A stretch of 64,000 nt of DNA from Antedon mediterranea (lineage: Eukaryota > Animalia > Echinodermata): contig NC_092678.1 of the NCBI RefSeq assembly GCF_964355755.1, positions 16,225,881 to 16,289,880 of the forward strand, in the 5' to 3' direction. Of this stretch, positions 53,307-64,000 are shown one piece after another (positions within the stretch are counted from its first letter, which is position 1; the number at the start of each line of letters is the position of its first letter). The translations under genes and the position numbers were made by a program. The notes under the pieces were generated by a model. The model had not been told where the DNA came from, ran no database searches, and saw only the letters and a list, made by a program, of their open reading frames with translations.

Positions 53307-56023
53307 TTTATTCGGTCATCAATGTAAAAAATAACCAGGAATGAGAATAGGCTAAAGCCCAAACAGATTCTGTCACTCCATACAATACAAACAGTTAAGA
53401 TAAAACCATAGGACCTATACAAGAAAAATACAAATAAACTATACATAACATGAAATATAGTGTTTTGTTAAAGCAGCCTTAAATATTGAAATTGTTTGTG
53501 AATCTTTTATGTCATTTGGTATTTGCTCCCATAGTCTAGGAAAGGAAACAAATACAGAATTATAACAAGTATTGCCTTTCGAATTCCAACGTAAAAGCCT
53601 ACCCGGATATCTATCACTAGATTTTATACTCATTGAAAGAATGGGGGCAGTAACCTTTCAACACCTTAAATCCTAATGAAAGTCTATGTAATTTAAGCAA
53701 GTCATCAGTAGATAATAATTCAAGCACTTTCAAACTATGAAAATAAGATGTGTCCCAGGAACCTTCCTTTCTAAACATTATTATCCTTGTTGCTTTCTTT
53801 TGTATACTTTCTATTCTATTAATATGTGATTTCTCAAATAGTGCCCACATTGAACAACAGTAGGTAACCACTGGAAGTAATAGAGCTTTGTATAAGTTCA
53901 ACATAGCTAACCAAGACATATTTTTACTACATTTTAAAATGAAACCAAGCAATCTGCTTGCTTTACAACATATATAATTAACTTGTGTATGACACGACAA
54001 CAAACTAAAGAGTGAGATACAAAATATAAGCATGAAAAAAATAATACAAACAAGCCAATTTGTGTTAACAGATGGTAAGAAAGCAACTAACGACCAAGAG
54101 AACCATTAACACCATGCGCTTTAAGTTTGATCTGGTTAAGTATGTCCTACGGTTTGGTTTCTTTTGGAAAGGTAAGCTTTGAATTGAATAGATACCGAAT
54201 TATGTAACCCATTCCTGTGTCGTCTGAGGCCTACACTGCCACTGCAGATCGATGTAATAGGCCTACCGATTCATCGCTTTTCGATCATTCATTCATCAAC
54301 CATCTTCATAATCACCCTAAAATCATTAATCTATTTTTTTTCATATTAATCTTAGTTGTTGTTTTCTTCATTATTATCAATATAAAATCAAATATCAATG
54401 TTTTCATCGTCGTTATCAATTATAATAATCATTCATCCATCGAAACCCAGAAAGAATCAATAATACACAAACCTGTCCCATATTAAAAAGCACATCACTT
54501 ATGTCGTAACCATCAAGCTGTATATTGTCAACTGATGACCCAATTAAACTTGCGATCGTTGGGAATATATCAAGATGACTGATCAATTCCTTAGATATTC
54601 CAGGAGCAATTCGACTTGGCCAATACACCACACCGGGTACTCGTGTACCACCTTCAAATTCAGAAAATTTTCCACATCGAAATGGTCCAGATGAACCACC
54701 TTGAAAACCAGACGATTTGTCGGGACTGGAAAACAAAATTATATCAATTGTGAAACCTTCTTGGTATCTTAAATTTGGCTATGATTCTTTTAGTGTATAG
54801 TAATATATAAAACTCTATGTCAAATTTGTTTTAAATATATTTTGATTTTCAAATATGAAAGATTTTCTACACATAATGGTTTTTTTTTTACTTTTGTGAA
54901 TCTGTGTAAAATCGTTTTGATTAAACTTACCCATTGTCTGATGTAAATAAGAATAAAGTGTTGTCAAACTGTCCGATTTCTTTTAATTTAGTGATGATAT
55001 CTCCAATTTGCCAATCCATCTCAGCCAAGGAATCTGTATAATCTCCACCTAGGGTAGAATTATGAAACCGTGAACTGGCAAAATGTGGAACATGAGGTTG
55101 CAGAAACCAGTACATCAGGAGAAATGGATTACTACTTTCACTAAACTCTGTAACCCAACTTCTTGCGGCTATGGTTTGCCTTTCAATCAGTGTTAACAGA
55201 TTCACTGGTTGCTCAATAATCTCATCTTCTAGAAATAGTGGAAGAGGAGGTTCCGTACTTGTACAATCTGTTGTTACACAAGGTACATCTGGAGGAAAAC
55301 ATATATGAGGAGGACACCCGCTATGGTAAACTGATACAGGAAGGCCAAAGAAGTGATCGAATCCATGATGCTTTGGTAGGAACTCTCTGTTGCGACCAAC
55401 TCCAAGATGCCACTTGCCAATAAGAGCAGATTTGTAACCCTGGTCGGCGACGAGCTCTGCGATGGTCGTCTCATTTAGTGGAAGTCCAAGAGGACTGCTT
55501 AACGTTAGCAATGGCAGGTACTCATCAGTGATCCAGAAACCACTTCGTACTGGATATCTACCAGTCAGTAAACCAGCTCTAAAAAAATAAGTTTTTAAAG
55601 GAAAGTAGGCCTAATTCATAATGAAGATAATGACACATTTGCTCTTTTTTTGCAATCATCTTTCTGCTTTTAATTGCCGTACTAACTTGTTTGAATAGAG
55701 CTTAAGCTGGAATATGCAAATCACAAAATGAATGGACTTAATCCCATTCAGATTCAATAAAAAAGAAATTCATCAAACCTTGATGGACTACATATGGAAG
55801 CCGAACTGTAAAACTGTGTAAGCTTCAGGCCGTCTCGATAGAGTATATCAATATTTGGAGTGTCCGAGATCGGGTTTCCTGTCGCCTGTAGATCACCGTA
55901 GCCTAAATCATCAGCAAGAAATATTACAATATTCGGTTTGTTCTGAAGCCGACAAACTGAACATTTCAACAAAACTAAAAAAAATGATATATGAAACACC
56001 ATGTAAGTAAATGCAGCTTTCAT
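52774..56023 (-). CDS. Arylsulfatase A-like sulfatase, 4 exons, ~525 aa, frameshifted C-terminus
   Basis: Exons 56023-55779, 55578-54931, 54725-54473, 53205-52774. Signal peptide, PNIVIFLADDLGYGD, CSPSRAGLLTGR (formylglycine motif), GKWHLG, FTSDNG, FEGGTRVP. The ancestral frame continues to a stop at 52644. Confidence 0.88.
53266..54030 (-). mobile_element. CR1/L2-clade LINE 3' fragment in sulfatase intron 3
   Basis: KASRLLGFI..LYKALLLPVVTYCCSMW..IESIQKKATRII..LWEQIPNDIK, followed by an (ATT)n tail. Confidence 0.82.
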
Positions 56024-56319
56024 TGTTTTTATCAACTCAACTAATGACTGAATCAGACCACCAATAGGCTTATGGTTGTTTGCACCATGTGTATCGTTAT
56101 GTGAATATCCTGACACGCACACCCGAACTTTTTTTAGGTCGTATACTTTCCTGATATAATTTTATAAGGGTTAACTCTACCAGTACCATTCTTACTCCTG
56201 TAAGTTTGTAATTCAAACGTAAGCCTAATTGCAAGTACATAAAATATAATTGTAAAACATAAAACCTGGTTAGGCATAAAAAATGACATGTTTGTTATGA
56301 ATCGTGATAGGCTATATTA

Positions 56320-56630
56320 TTACTTACTACTTACTCCAGGTTCCAATTAGGCTTTCGCATGTCAGTGGTGCTAGCTTCTTTCTCCACCTTTGTCTATCCA
56401 GCATCTCTCCGCTCTTTCTCAGTTCTTGTACTGTGGGCATCATGTTATTTCTATTTAAGATATCTTTTATTGCATCTACCTTTTTCTTGGTCTTCCTTTA
56501 GGTCTCTTACCACATGGATCCCAAATCCAACATCTCTCAACTATTTTCTTATCATTCATTCTTTCCAGATTCAATTTTATTTCGGATGTTACATGTCTCC
56601 GGATCTCCTCATTTCAATTCGTGATTAAAA
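56320..56630 (-). mobile_element. RTE-like LINE 3' fragment
   Basis: Minus strand reads ...AQYKN*ERAERCWIDKGGERS*H.. (degenerate RTE-type C-terminus) with an (AGTA)n tail. Confidence 0.5.
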
Positions 56631-58473
56631 TAACCTAATGAGATTAGGATGTTTGCGATATATAAACTTGCAGCCTATTATGTTATGTTATGTAGATACC
56701 TTCCTCGTAACACCAAATATCGGCCTACAGTTATAAATAGAGATTGTAATTATATGATTAGTCATTATATATACAGTATATATCTGCAGCATTGTTTCAT
56801 ATTTCACGTATTGTTTGCAATGGAATAAAGTGTATAATACCATCAGTTACTTTGGATATTTTACAACAATTGTCGTCATTTAAACCAATTTTGTACAAGC
56901 AATCAAGTTTAAAAAATGCAATTTTTTGGAAGGCCACAATTTCACATAACAATAAAACCAACAATTGCAGAAAGTCATAACAATTGTTCAGTGTTCAACG
57001 TGTTCCCGAAAATCATTTGCTTTGATCTACCCGGAGTCAGCCATCACTATGTTGGTGCAATTAGAAAACGGTTATTACGAACGGCCATTCACAAACGATC
57101 TAAGGAATTGCGTAAGCTAAACAACGAACGTGATAAGAAACTTGCTGATGTCAAGTCCATTTTAAATTCGCTGGACTTTTAATTTCTCACTAAGGCTGTA
57201 CAACGCAATGTAAACCGAGAGGAAGATAAGGCAGTGTCGACGCACTCAAAGAAGATGTGTAATCTCACTAGAAATAAGGTAATTCCTTTTTCCATCAAAT
57301 ATGTTTTAATTAATCTGTCGTCTTTTCATCTCAACGAAGAGCAGGAGGACGTTTTAAAATTTGGTCTCACACATTCCATTGTACCACCTAAAATTTGCAA
57401 ATCTGATATTTACACATGCTTTGAAATGATACATCGTAATATGCTCAATCATATAACTGACCCGATCTTTTTGGGCAGGTTGAAATCGGACATCTCACAC
57501 CTAGCGCACCAATACGTCTCATCGTTTCGTCCAACACGTACGGATCTAAAGAGGTGTAAAGTATTGCAAGACCTTCGCAAGAACAAAGACATCATCATCA
57601 TAAAACCTGACAAAGGAAATGGGGTTGTTATTCTAAATCGTGTTGATTACGTCAATGGTATGTTGGAAATTCTAAAGGACTCGACTAAATTTCGTTTAAT
57701 TCACAATGATCCCACGATCACCAGAGAAGGACATTTACAAAGATTCTTGAGACAATTAAAAAGTAATGGGAAAATTGATCAAGTAATTTATAAGAAAATG
57801 TATCCCAATGGTTCACAACCCGCTAGGATGTATGGCTTGCCTAAGATGCACAAAACCCGTCCTCCCAATTCCACACCTAAATTTCGACCAATAGTTTCTT
57901 CTATTGGCGCTGTCAATTATAATATGGCGAAATTTTTATGCGAATTACTTAATCCGGTATTACCTAATCAATATGTGGAGACTAATTCATTCACATTTGT
58001 GAAGGAAATCCAACATGTTGACACTTCGCACACATGTATGGTGTCATTTGATGTTGTTAGTTTGTTTACGAACATCCCCCAGTTTGAATGCATTGATATT
58101 GCTGTTGACTATATCACTAATGATGTCAATTATAATATGAGCTTAAACAGAAGCGATTTACGCAAATTGTTTTTACTTGCTACGGAAAAAACCAATTTCA
58201 TATTCAATGGTGACATTTATGATCAAATAGACGGTGTGTCAATGGGATCCCCACTTGCACCTGTTTTAGCCAATTTATTTATGGGTCATCATGAACAAAC
58301 ATGGTTAAAGAACTTCTCACAAGCTTCGGTCATGTTTTACCTTCGTTATGTTGATGACAATTTTTTGTTTATTCAATACAAAAGATGATGCAAATACTTT
58401 CTTTGACTATATTAACGATCAGCACCCCAACATAAAGTTCACAATTGAATATGAGATTGACCATTGTCTTCCA

Positions 58474-59176
58474 TTTTTAGTCACGTGGAAGCGACTCTAT
58501 AGTTCACTATGTCGGTCGGTCGGTCGGTCTGTCGGTCTGTCGGTCTGTCCGTCTGTCGGTCTGTCTGTCGGTCCGGTATCACTATGCGTTTTATCGCTTT
58601 CTGACCTTATCTTGATATCAGTTTAATCTAGCTAAGTCAATTTTTCACAGTATATTCCTTATGGCCAGGAATCAATGTGGTTATGTTTTCACGGTGCGCA
58701 ATAAAAAACTACGCGGTCTACGCACGATTTAACGAAATCACGTTTGTAATCATATCTTCACAACCATGAATCACAATTAAATAAAATTTGGTACTCATAA
58801 ATTTCAGGGCATAAATCATCATATGGCAATACAATTACGTGCTAGCGCTAGTACTAGTACGTTTCAGGCAATTTTAAGCGTTTACAAAATTGCCATGAGT
58901 GCGCATATTTTTGCGCGCACGCGCACTGCACGTTAAATGTTATTGCGCACTCTTTTTGCCCGATTTCTGTTTTCTTGACTTACTTTTCAACTCGAAATTA
59001 CGTTATACGAGCACGTCAAAAGTGACAGGCTACGCACGTGTAAATTAAGAAAATATAACTGTTTTTAAAGATTTCAACATTTTTAAACATGTTCAGTAAT
59101 TTCGGTCAGTTGGTAGGTTGGTCGGTCGGTCGGTAAACACTAAGCACGCGACTGCAGCCATCTATATGGCCTTGTT
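58474..59176 (+). mobile_element. Helentron-associated (HINE/DINE-1-like) non-autonomous element
   Basis: Inserted in a T-run that splits LPFL|DI of the Penelope ORF. 5' hairpin and subterminal IR AGTC(A/G)CGTG...CACGCGACT, (GTCG/GTCT)n microsatellite, 3' stem-loop GCCATCTATATGGC, ends CTTGTT. Confidence 0.78.
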
Positions 59177-59987
59177 AGATATAATGTTAAACAATAATGG
59201 TTCTTCTGTCGTAACTTCGGTCTTCAGAAAGCCTACTTTCACGGGTCTCCTCACTAATTTTAACAGTTTCACTTCCTTTTCTTACAAAATTGGGCTTGTT
59301 CGTACTTTGATTGACAGCGTTTACAAACTCAGTATAATTAATGACAATATTTACAGATATCTTAGTAATAATGTTTCTCCTTGCAATGTTGCGTCAGTTG
59401 AGTCGATTATTGAACAAAACAAGGTTCTTTATTTTAAATTACCTTACTTACAGTTTGCCAAATGCGCACAACAAAGAATCGACAAAATTACATGTAAATA
59501 TTGGAAAGGTATTAATATTAAATTAGCTTTCAAATCATTCAAAATTTCAAACTTGTTTAGTCTTAAGGACCCTGTCCATGATGTGTTCCGCTCTCGTATT
59601 GTATATAAATTTAAATGTATGGGATGTAATTCCATGTATATTGGTGAAACCAATAGACGGTTATCAATGCGGGTACGTGAACATTTGAGGGACAAGGCTT
59701 CTCACATTTTTCAACATCTGCAGGATTCAGAACGGTGTAAGGCCCTCGCTAATGCGGGTTGCTTCACCGTTCTGGATTCTGCAGATTCCGCTTTAAAACT
59801 TAAGGTCAAGGAAGCCCTCCACATCTCGTGGAGTAAACCTTCCTTGAACAAACAAATCTATAACTTAGGCGTCACACTTGCCATATGATTGGTTGTTGCT
59901 TACATTCCTTGTTTAATTATGCTAATTACTTACTTATTTACATAAAATATGTCCTATTGGTATATAAGCACTCTAGGCGTTGTTTAC

Positions 59988-60025
59988 TGTTCTGACGATG
60001 AGAATAGTTTCTCGAAACATGTCAC
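59988..60025 (+). ncRNA. Minimal type I hammerhead ribozyme in the Penelope 3' region
   Basis: TGTT-CTGACGA-T-GAGAA(TAGT)TTCTC-GAAA-CATG-TC-ACA: catalytic core, 5-bp stem II, palindromic ACATGT stem III. Confidence 0.68.
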
Positions 60026-60900
60026 ATTTACATTTTAAGGCAATTTGCCTTTTTATTAAATGCCTCGTTATAGTCACCCTAACTCATAACAATGTATTTT
60101 GCATTTTTCATAAACTTATTAAAATACCTTATTTAGCCTCAAGTCACGTCAATGTAATCATTTTGTGCATTCGGGTATTCTTTGACAAATGCCTTCCCAT
60201 TCAAAGTTTTGATTTAAAAAAAAAACATTTTTCCAGTTTAATCTAGGAGATTTAATTTAATTTATTCGTTTATATCGACATAATAAAGAATGTGTAGTTA
60301 ACTTGAAAATTGGTTTTGAATTGAAATAATTGTTTGAACATTGTTATTACAATCGTTACCTGGAAACATAATGTTACTTATGTCATGTGGTATTGTATCT
60401 CAACCACGTGATAAAACCTTTCTATAATGATGTTCATTTACTAATTTCAGACTCGCATGCGCATTTAAGATCTCTAAGTGGCACATTCGCCTACTTCTAC
60501 ATTTTCTTATATCGTATACTTTCCTGATATATTTTGATAATGGTTAAAGTCTACCAGTAAATATATTGATGCTGTCCAAGATAAGCCTAATTGCAAGTCG
60601 TAAACATAAAAAAAAACACACATAAACCTTTTTTATGCATCGTGATAGGCTATTTACACGTTTCTAAATAATAATTTTTTTTAAAGAGTGTGATACCCTT
60701 TTTTTGCAGTTACTCTAAAGAAACCTATTTTACAAAATAATAAGTTCTCACTTATCTTCTAATAGGTTTTAGTACCAATAGTAGTTTAATTCCAAAATCG
60801 AATACATATAAACATTGTAAAAAAAAATGTAACCTTTATAGATTTCCTCTTTTTCAATCAATACCGTGTTTCTTTATAGTACAATTGTTTTTTCTTTTGT

Positions 60901-61738
60901 AACAAGGTCATATAGATGACTGCAGTCACGTGCTCAAGTTAGCGTTTACTGACCGACCGACCAACCGATCGAATTTGCTGAACATGTTTAAAATTGTTGA
61001 AAATGTTTAAAAACATTTATATTTTTTTTTAATTTACACGTGCGTAGCCTGCCATATTTTACGTGCTCGTATAACGTAATTTTGAGTTGAAAAGTGAATC
61101 AAATGTGATATTATTAAAGAAAGGTTGTAAAAACAGAAATCGGGCAAAAAGGGGCCATATTAATATTTAACGCGCAGTGCGCGTGCGAAAATCTGCTCAC
61201 TTATGGCAATTTTTAATATTCTTAAAATTGACCGAAACGTACTCCTATTTCATCGAAAATAAATTTTGACAATTTTGAAAATTTAAGCGCGCGTGCGCAT
61301 GTGCTACATGCGTTACGCACGAAATTGTATTACCATGTGATGATTTATGCCCTGAAATTTATGAGTACCAAATTTTATTTAATTGTGATTCATGCTTGTG
61401 AAGATATGATTACAAGTGCGCGTACGAATGAGTTACGTGCGCTCCGCCCATAAATGTTTTGCCATATGATGATTTATGCCCTGAAATTTATGAGTACCAA
61501 ATTTTATTTGTGATTTTTAATTATATGTTTGTTTGTTAAATCGTGCGTAGACCACGTATTTTTTGATTGCGCACCGTGAAAACATAACCACATCGATTCC
61601 TGGCCATAAGGAATATACTGTGAAAAATGTACTTAGCTAGATGAAACTGATATTAAGATAAGGCCATATACAAGTTAGTGTTACCGACCGACCGACCGAC
61701 ATAGTGAGCTGTAGAGTCGCGTTGCACGCGACTAAAAA
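60901..61738 (-). mobile_element. HINE-like element, second copy (3' fragment also at 62503-62534)
   Basis: Reverse-complement homologue of 58474-59176 with the same termini. Confidence 0.78.
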
Positions 61739-61973
61739 TAGATAGACATTATGCAATATGCATTCTTCGTAAGTCTCTCTGTGTTCTAATATCTTTTGAA
61801 ACGCTATAGTAATTCAATAGTAATTTAATTCCAAAATCGAATACAGATAACAACAGAAAAAATAAAGTGGGTTGTGAAGTAAATACAAAGTGACAACAAA
61901 GTATAACGAAAAGGATAGTATGAAAGTACAGTAATGGCAGATAAAAGAAGTACATTTAACTACAGTAAATCTT

Positions 61974-62461
61974 AAGATGTGTCAAAGGTCGATTCACCAA
62001 TGTGTAGTTTTTGCAAGGAAAAGCAGGAAGCACTGCTACATATGTTCTTTGAATGTGATCTGGTAAAGAAAATTTGGGAAAATGTAAAACAATATGTATC
62101 GAAATATCAACAATAACTTAATTATCACCAAAGAAAGTATATGTTTTGGTTTTGGAAAAACACACAGTGATGCAAACATTTTAATTTTAATTACAAAGTG
62201 GTACATATTTAGTTGCAAAATAAAAAAAAAATTACTTAATTATAATCATTTATTTCACATTTACCAAAAATACAAGGCAACCATATTATTAACAAAATGA
62301 TTATTATAAAGTTTATTTTTGCGATACATTTTTTTTTCTTTAATTTCATTACTCTCTTATTTTTGAGAGAGTATTATATCGTTTTAATAGTTACGTTGCC
62401 TTTATATATAAATGTTGTATTTTGCATGTGTTGAAATAAAATAAACAAAAAAGAAAAAAAA
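61974..62461 (+). mobile_element. 5'-truncated L1/Tx1-type LINE
   Basis: CSFCKEKQEALLHMFFEC zinc knuckle, A-rich tail, 16-bp TSD AACTACAGTAAATCTT (61958-61973, 62462-62477). Confidence 0.85.
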
Positions 62462-63500
62462 AACTACAGTAAATCTTTGTTAAATGTACTGTTAAATTTG
62501 GACACGCGACTGCAGTCATGTATATGGCCTTGTTTCTTAGAAAAATTCGAAAAGATGTTATTCTAAAACTATAGAATAACCAAATTCTGTCCTTGATAAA
62601 AAAAAAAGTATTTTTAAAAATCAAATCAAATGACATAATGCTTAATAAGAACAATAACATCTTTGTATCACGACGATACAATCAAATAATGACGTCATTT
62701 GAAGGCAGAATAAATGGTTACAAAAAAAACTTTAAGCTGAAGAGATAGTTTTCTACTGAAACAAAATTGATATAGATTATTGTAACAATTGTAAAGAATG
62801 AAATATAAGTGAGTGAATCTCACAAAAGACAAAAAAAAATGGTTACTATATTCTATCGTTCTATGATAAAAAACTGTTTAGATTGCTTTTGTTTTATATG
62901 AGAAAATGCATATTTATTTCAATTTTAGAAAAAAAGAAAATTCGCAAACTCTAATCTTAAATATATAGGATATTTCTCCATCTACAATACATTTTGGAGT
63001 TATGGAGCATATTTTTGCAAACACAAGCAACAAGAATATTACAACTATTCAACATACATTGCATGAAACCATAGATTTTCGCATATACCGGTACTCATTA
63101 AATGAAGGAACACCATGTTCAACAAACATCATCCGCATAACTAAGATGATTCAAAACAATGTTACTACATTGTCAACCCTGATTCAAAACCATTTAGTCT
63201 AGAATTAAGACTACTAATATATATATATGTTGTACAGGAGAGGAGACATAACCCCACCCTGTCTAACTCCATTGTTATTTATATATTTATCGTCGATCGT
63301 TATCGTTCTGGTGTAAATGGACCTTCATCCAGAATTATAACTAAGCTTTACAACATAGACACTGTACTATTTAACCAGTTATAGTTAGGATCTCCATCGG
63401 AAAGTTTAAATCGTTGTAAAGATGTTCGGATTAGTTATTTAAAACATAAATAAAAATAAAACAAAGATAAAGATATAATAAGCTTAATATAATTTATAGC

Positions 63501-64000
63501 TTAAGTTAGCTTTATATAATTTTGTTTATTCTGTTTATTTCTTAAACGTGGTATTAATAATAGTATTATTGCACTTAAAAGTGCAGTTACAAATATTATC
63601 AAAAATGCAACCAGCCAAGTAAACTGGGAGCTACCAAAGGAAACGGATGTGACGCGTTGAGAATTGGAAAAGAGTTCGATTGTATAGTTTGAAACGCATT
63701 GACAACATAGTGGAAACGGTTCGCATCCCTCGTTGCAGCAAGCTTGAAAACGACCAGCAGCAGATCGATGTAGTATACTCTCACCGTAAGTTAGGCCACT
63801 CTCTTCTAATAATCTAGCAGTGTGTAACTGATTCAGTACCGACTGCATCTCTTTATTTTCACCAATATTTACCCGTTCTTCTGGGTCTAGGTGGAGATTG
63901 TAAAGTAACGAGGGATCTTGTTGACTAAGTGGCATAGCGTTACAACACCTAGCATTATAGTTATCTAAATCTTCAGAGATCGTCGAAAAAGATTCCAGTA
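63501..64000 (-). CDS. Last exon (partial) of a paralogous arylsulfatase with a C-terminal transmembrane helix
   Basis: Highly similar to 52644-53110. LLYNLHLDPEER...ACCNEGCEPFPLCCQC...WLVAFLIIFVTALLSAIILLLIPRLR...YIKLT*. Confidence 0.85.
   Translation of the reverse strand, partial: LESFSTISEDLDNYNARCCNAMPLSQQDPSLLYNLHLDPEERVNIGENKEMQSVLNQLHTARLLEESGLTYGESILHRSAAGRFQACCNEGCEPFPLCCQCVSNYTIELFSNSQRVTSVSFGSSQFTWLVAFLIIFVTALLSAIILLLIPRLRNKQNKQNYIKLT

Larger units (their letters stand above)
56790..60100 (+). mobile_element. Penelope-like retroelement (RT + GIY-YIG endonuclease), degenerate and interrupted
   Basis: KPDKGNGVV, MYGLPKMHK, FRPIVS, SFDVVSLFTNIP, GVSMGSPLAP, RYVDD; then VYKFKC..C...YIGETNR.L..RVREH. 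Frameshifts are present. Confidence 0.92.

Noticed and set aside
57234-58388. Retron, group II intron or telomerase-like standalone RT
   Set aside because: Motifs and the downstream GIY-YIG domain identify a Penelope-like element.

Overview
AT-rich eukaryotic genomic DNA with spliceosomal introns, most likely a marine invertebrate deuterostome such as an echinoderm (inferred from DeuSINE-like, Gmr1-like and Penelope elements and a DD3-3 gene). Six intron-containing genes were reconstructed by hand from GT-AG sites and reading phase: a 12-exon secreted DD3-3-like gene (+, 3-16221), a CD225/dispanin gene (+, 24097-28747), TMA7 (+, 29740-36923), a 9-exon classical SDR oxidoreductase (-, 39452-47607), an arylsulfatase A-like gene (-, 52774-56023) whose C-terminal membrane anchor is removed by a frameshift, and the last exon of a tandem paralogue that keeps the anchor (-, 63501-64000). 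Introns and intergenic DNA hold many, often nested, transposons: Helitron, Helentron-associated HINEs, Mutator-like, Kolobok-like and mariner-like MITEs, DeuSINE-like SINEs, LINE 3' ends, a gypsy fragment with no integrase after RNase H, and a Penelope element with a minimal hammerhead ribozyme. The most unusual signal is a repeated TA versus TA-GGC(C)C-TA difference seen in five pairs of paralogous repeats. The same motif piles up into TAGGCCTAG tracts in the first introns of two genes, which suggests accumulated transposon excision footprints.
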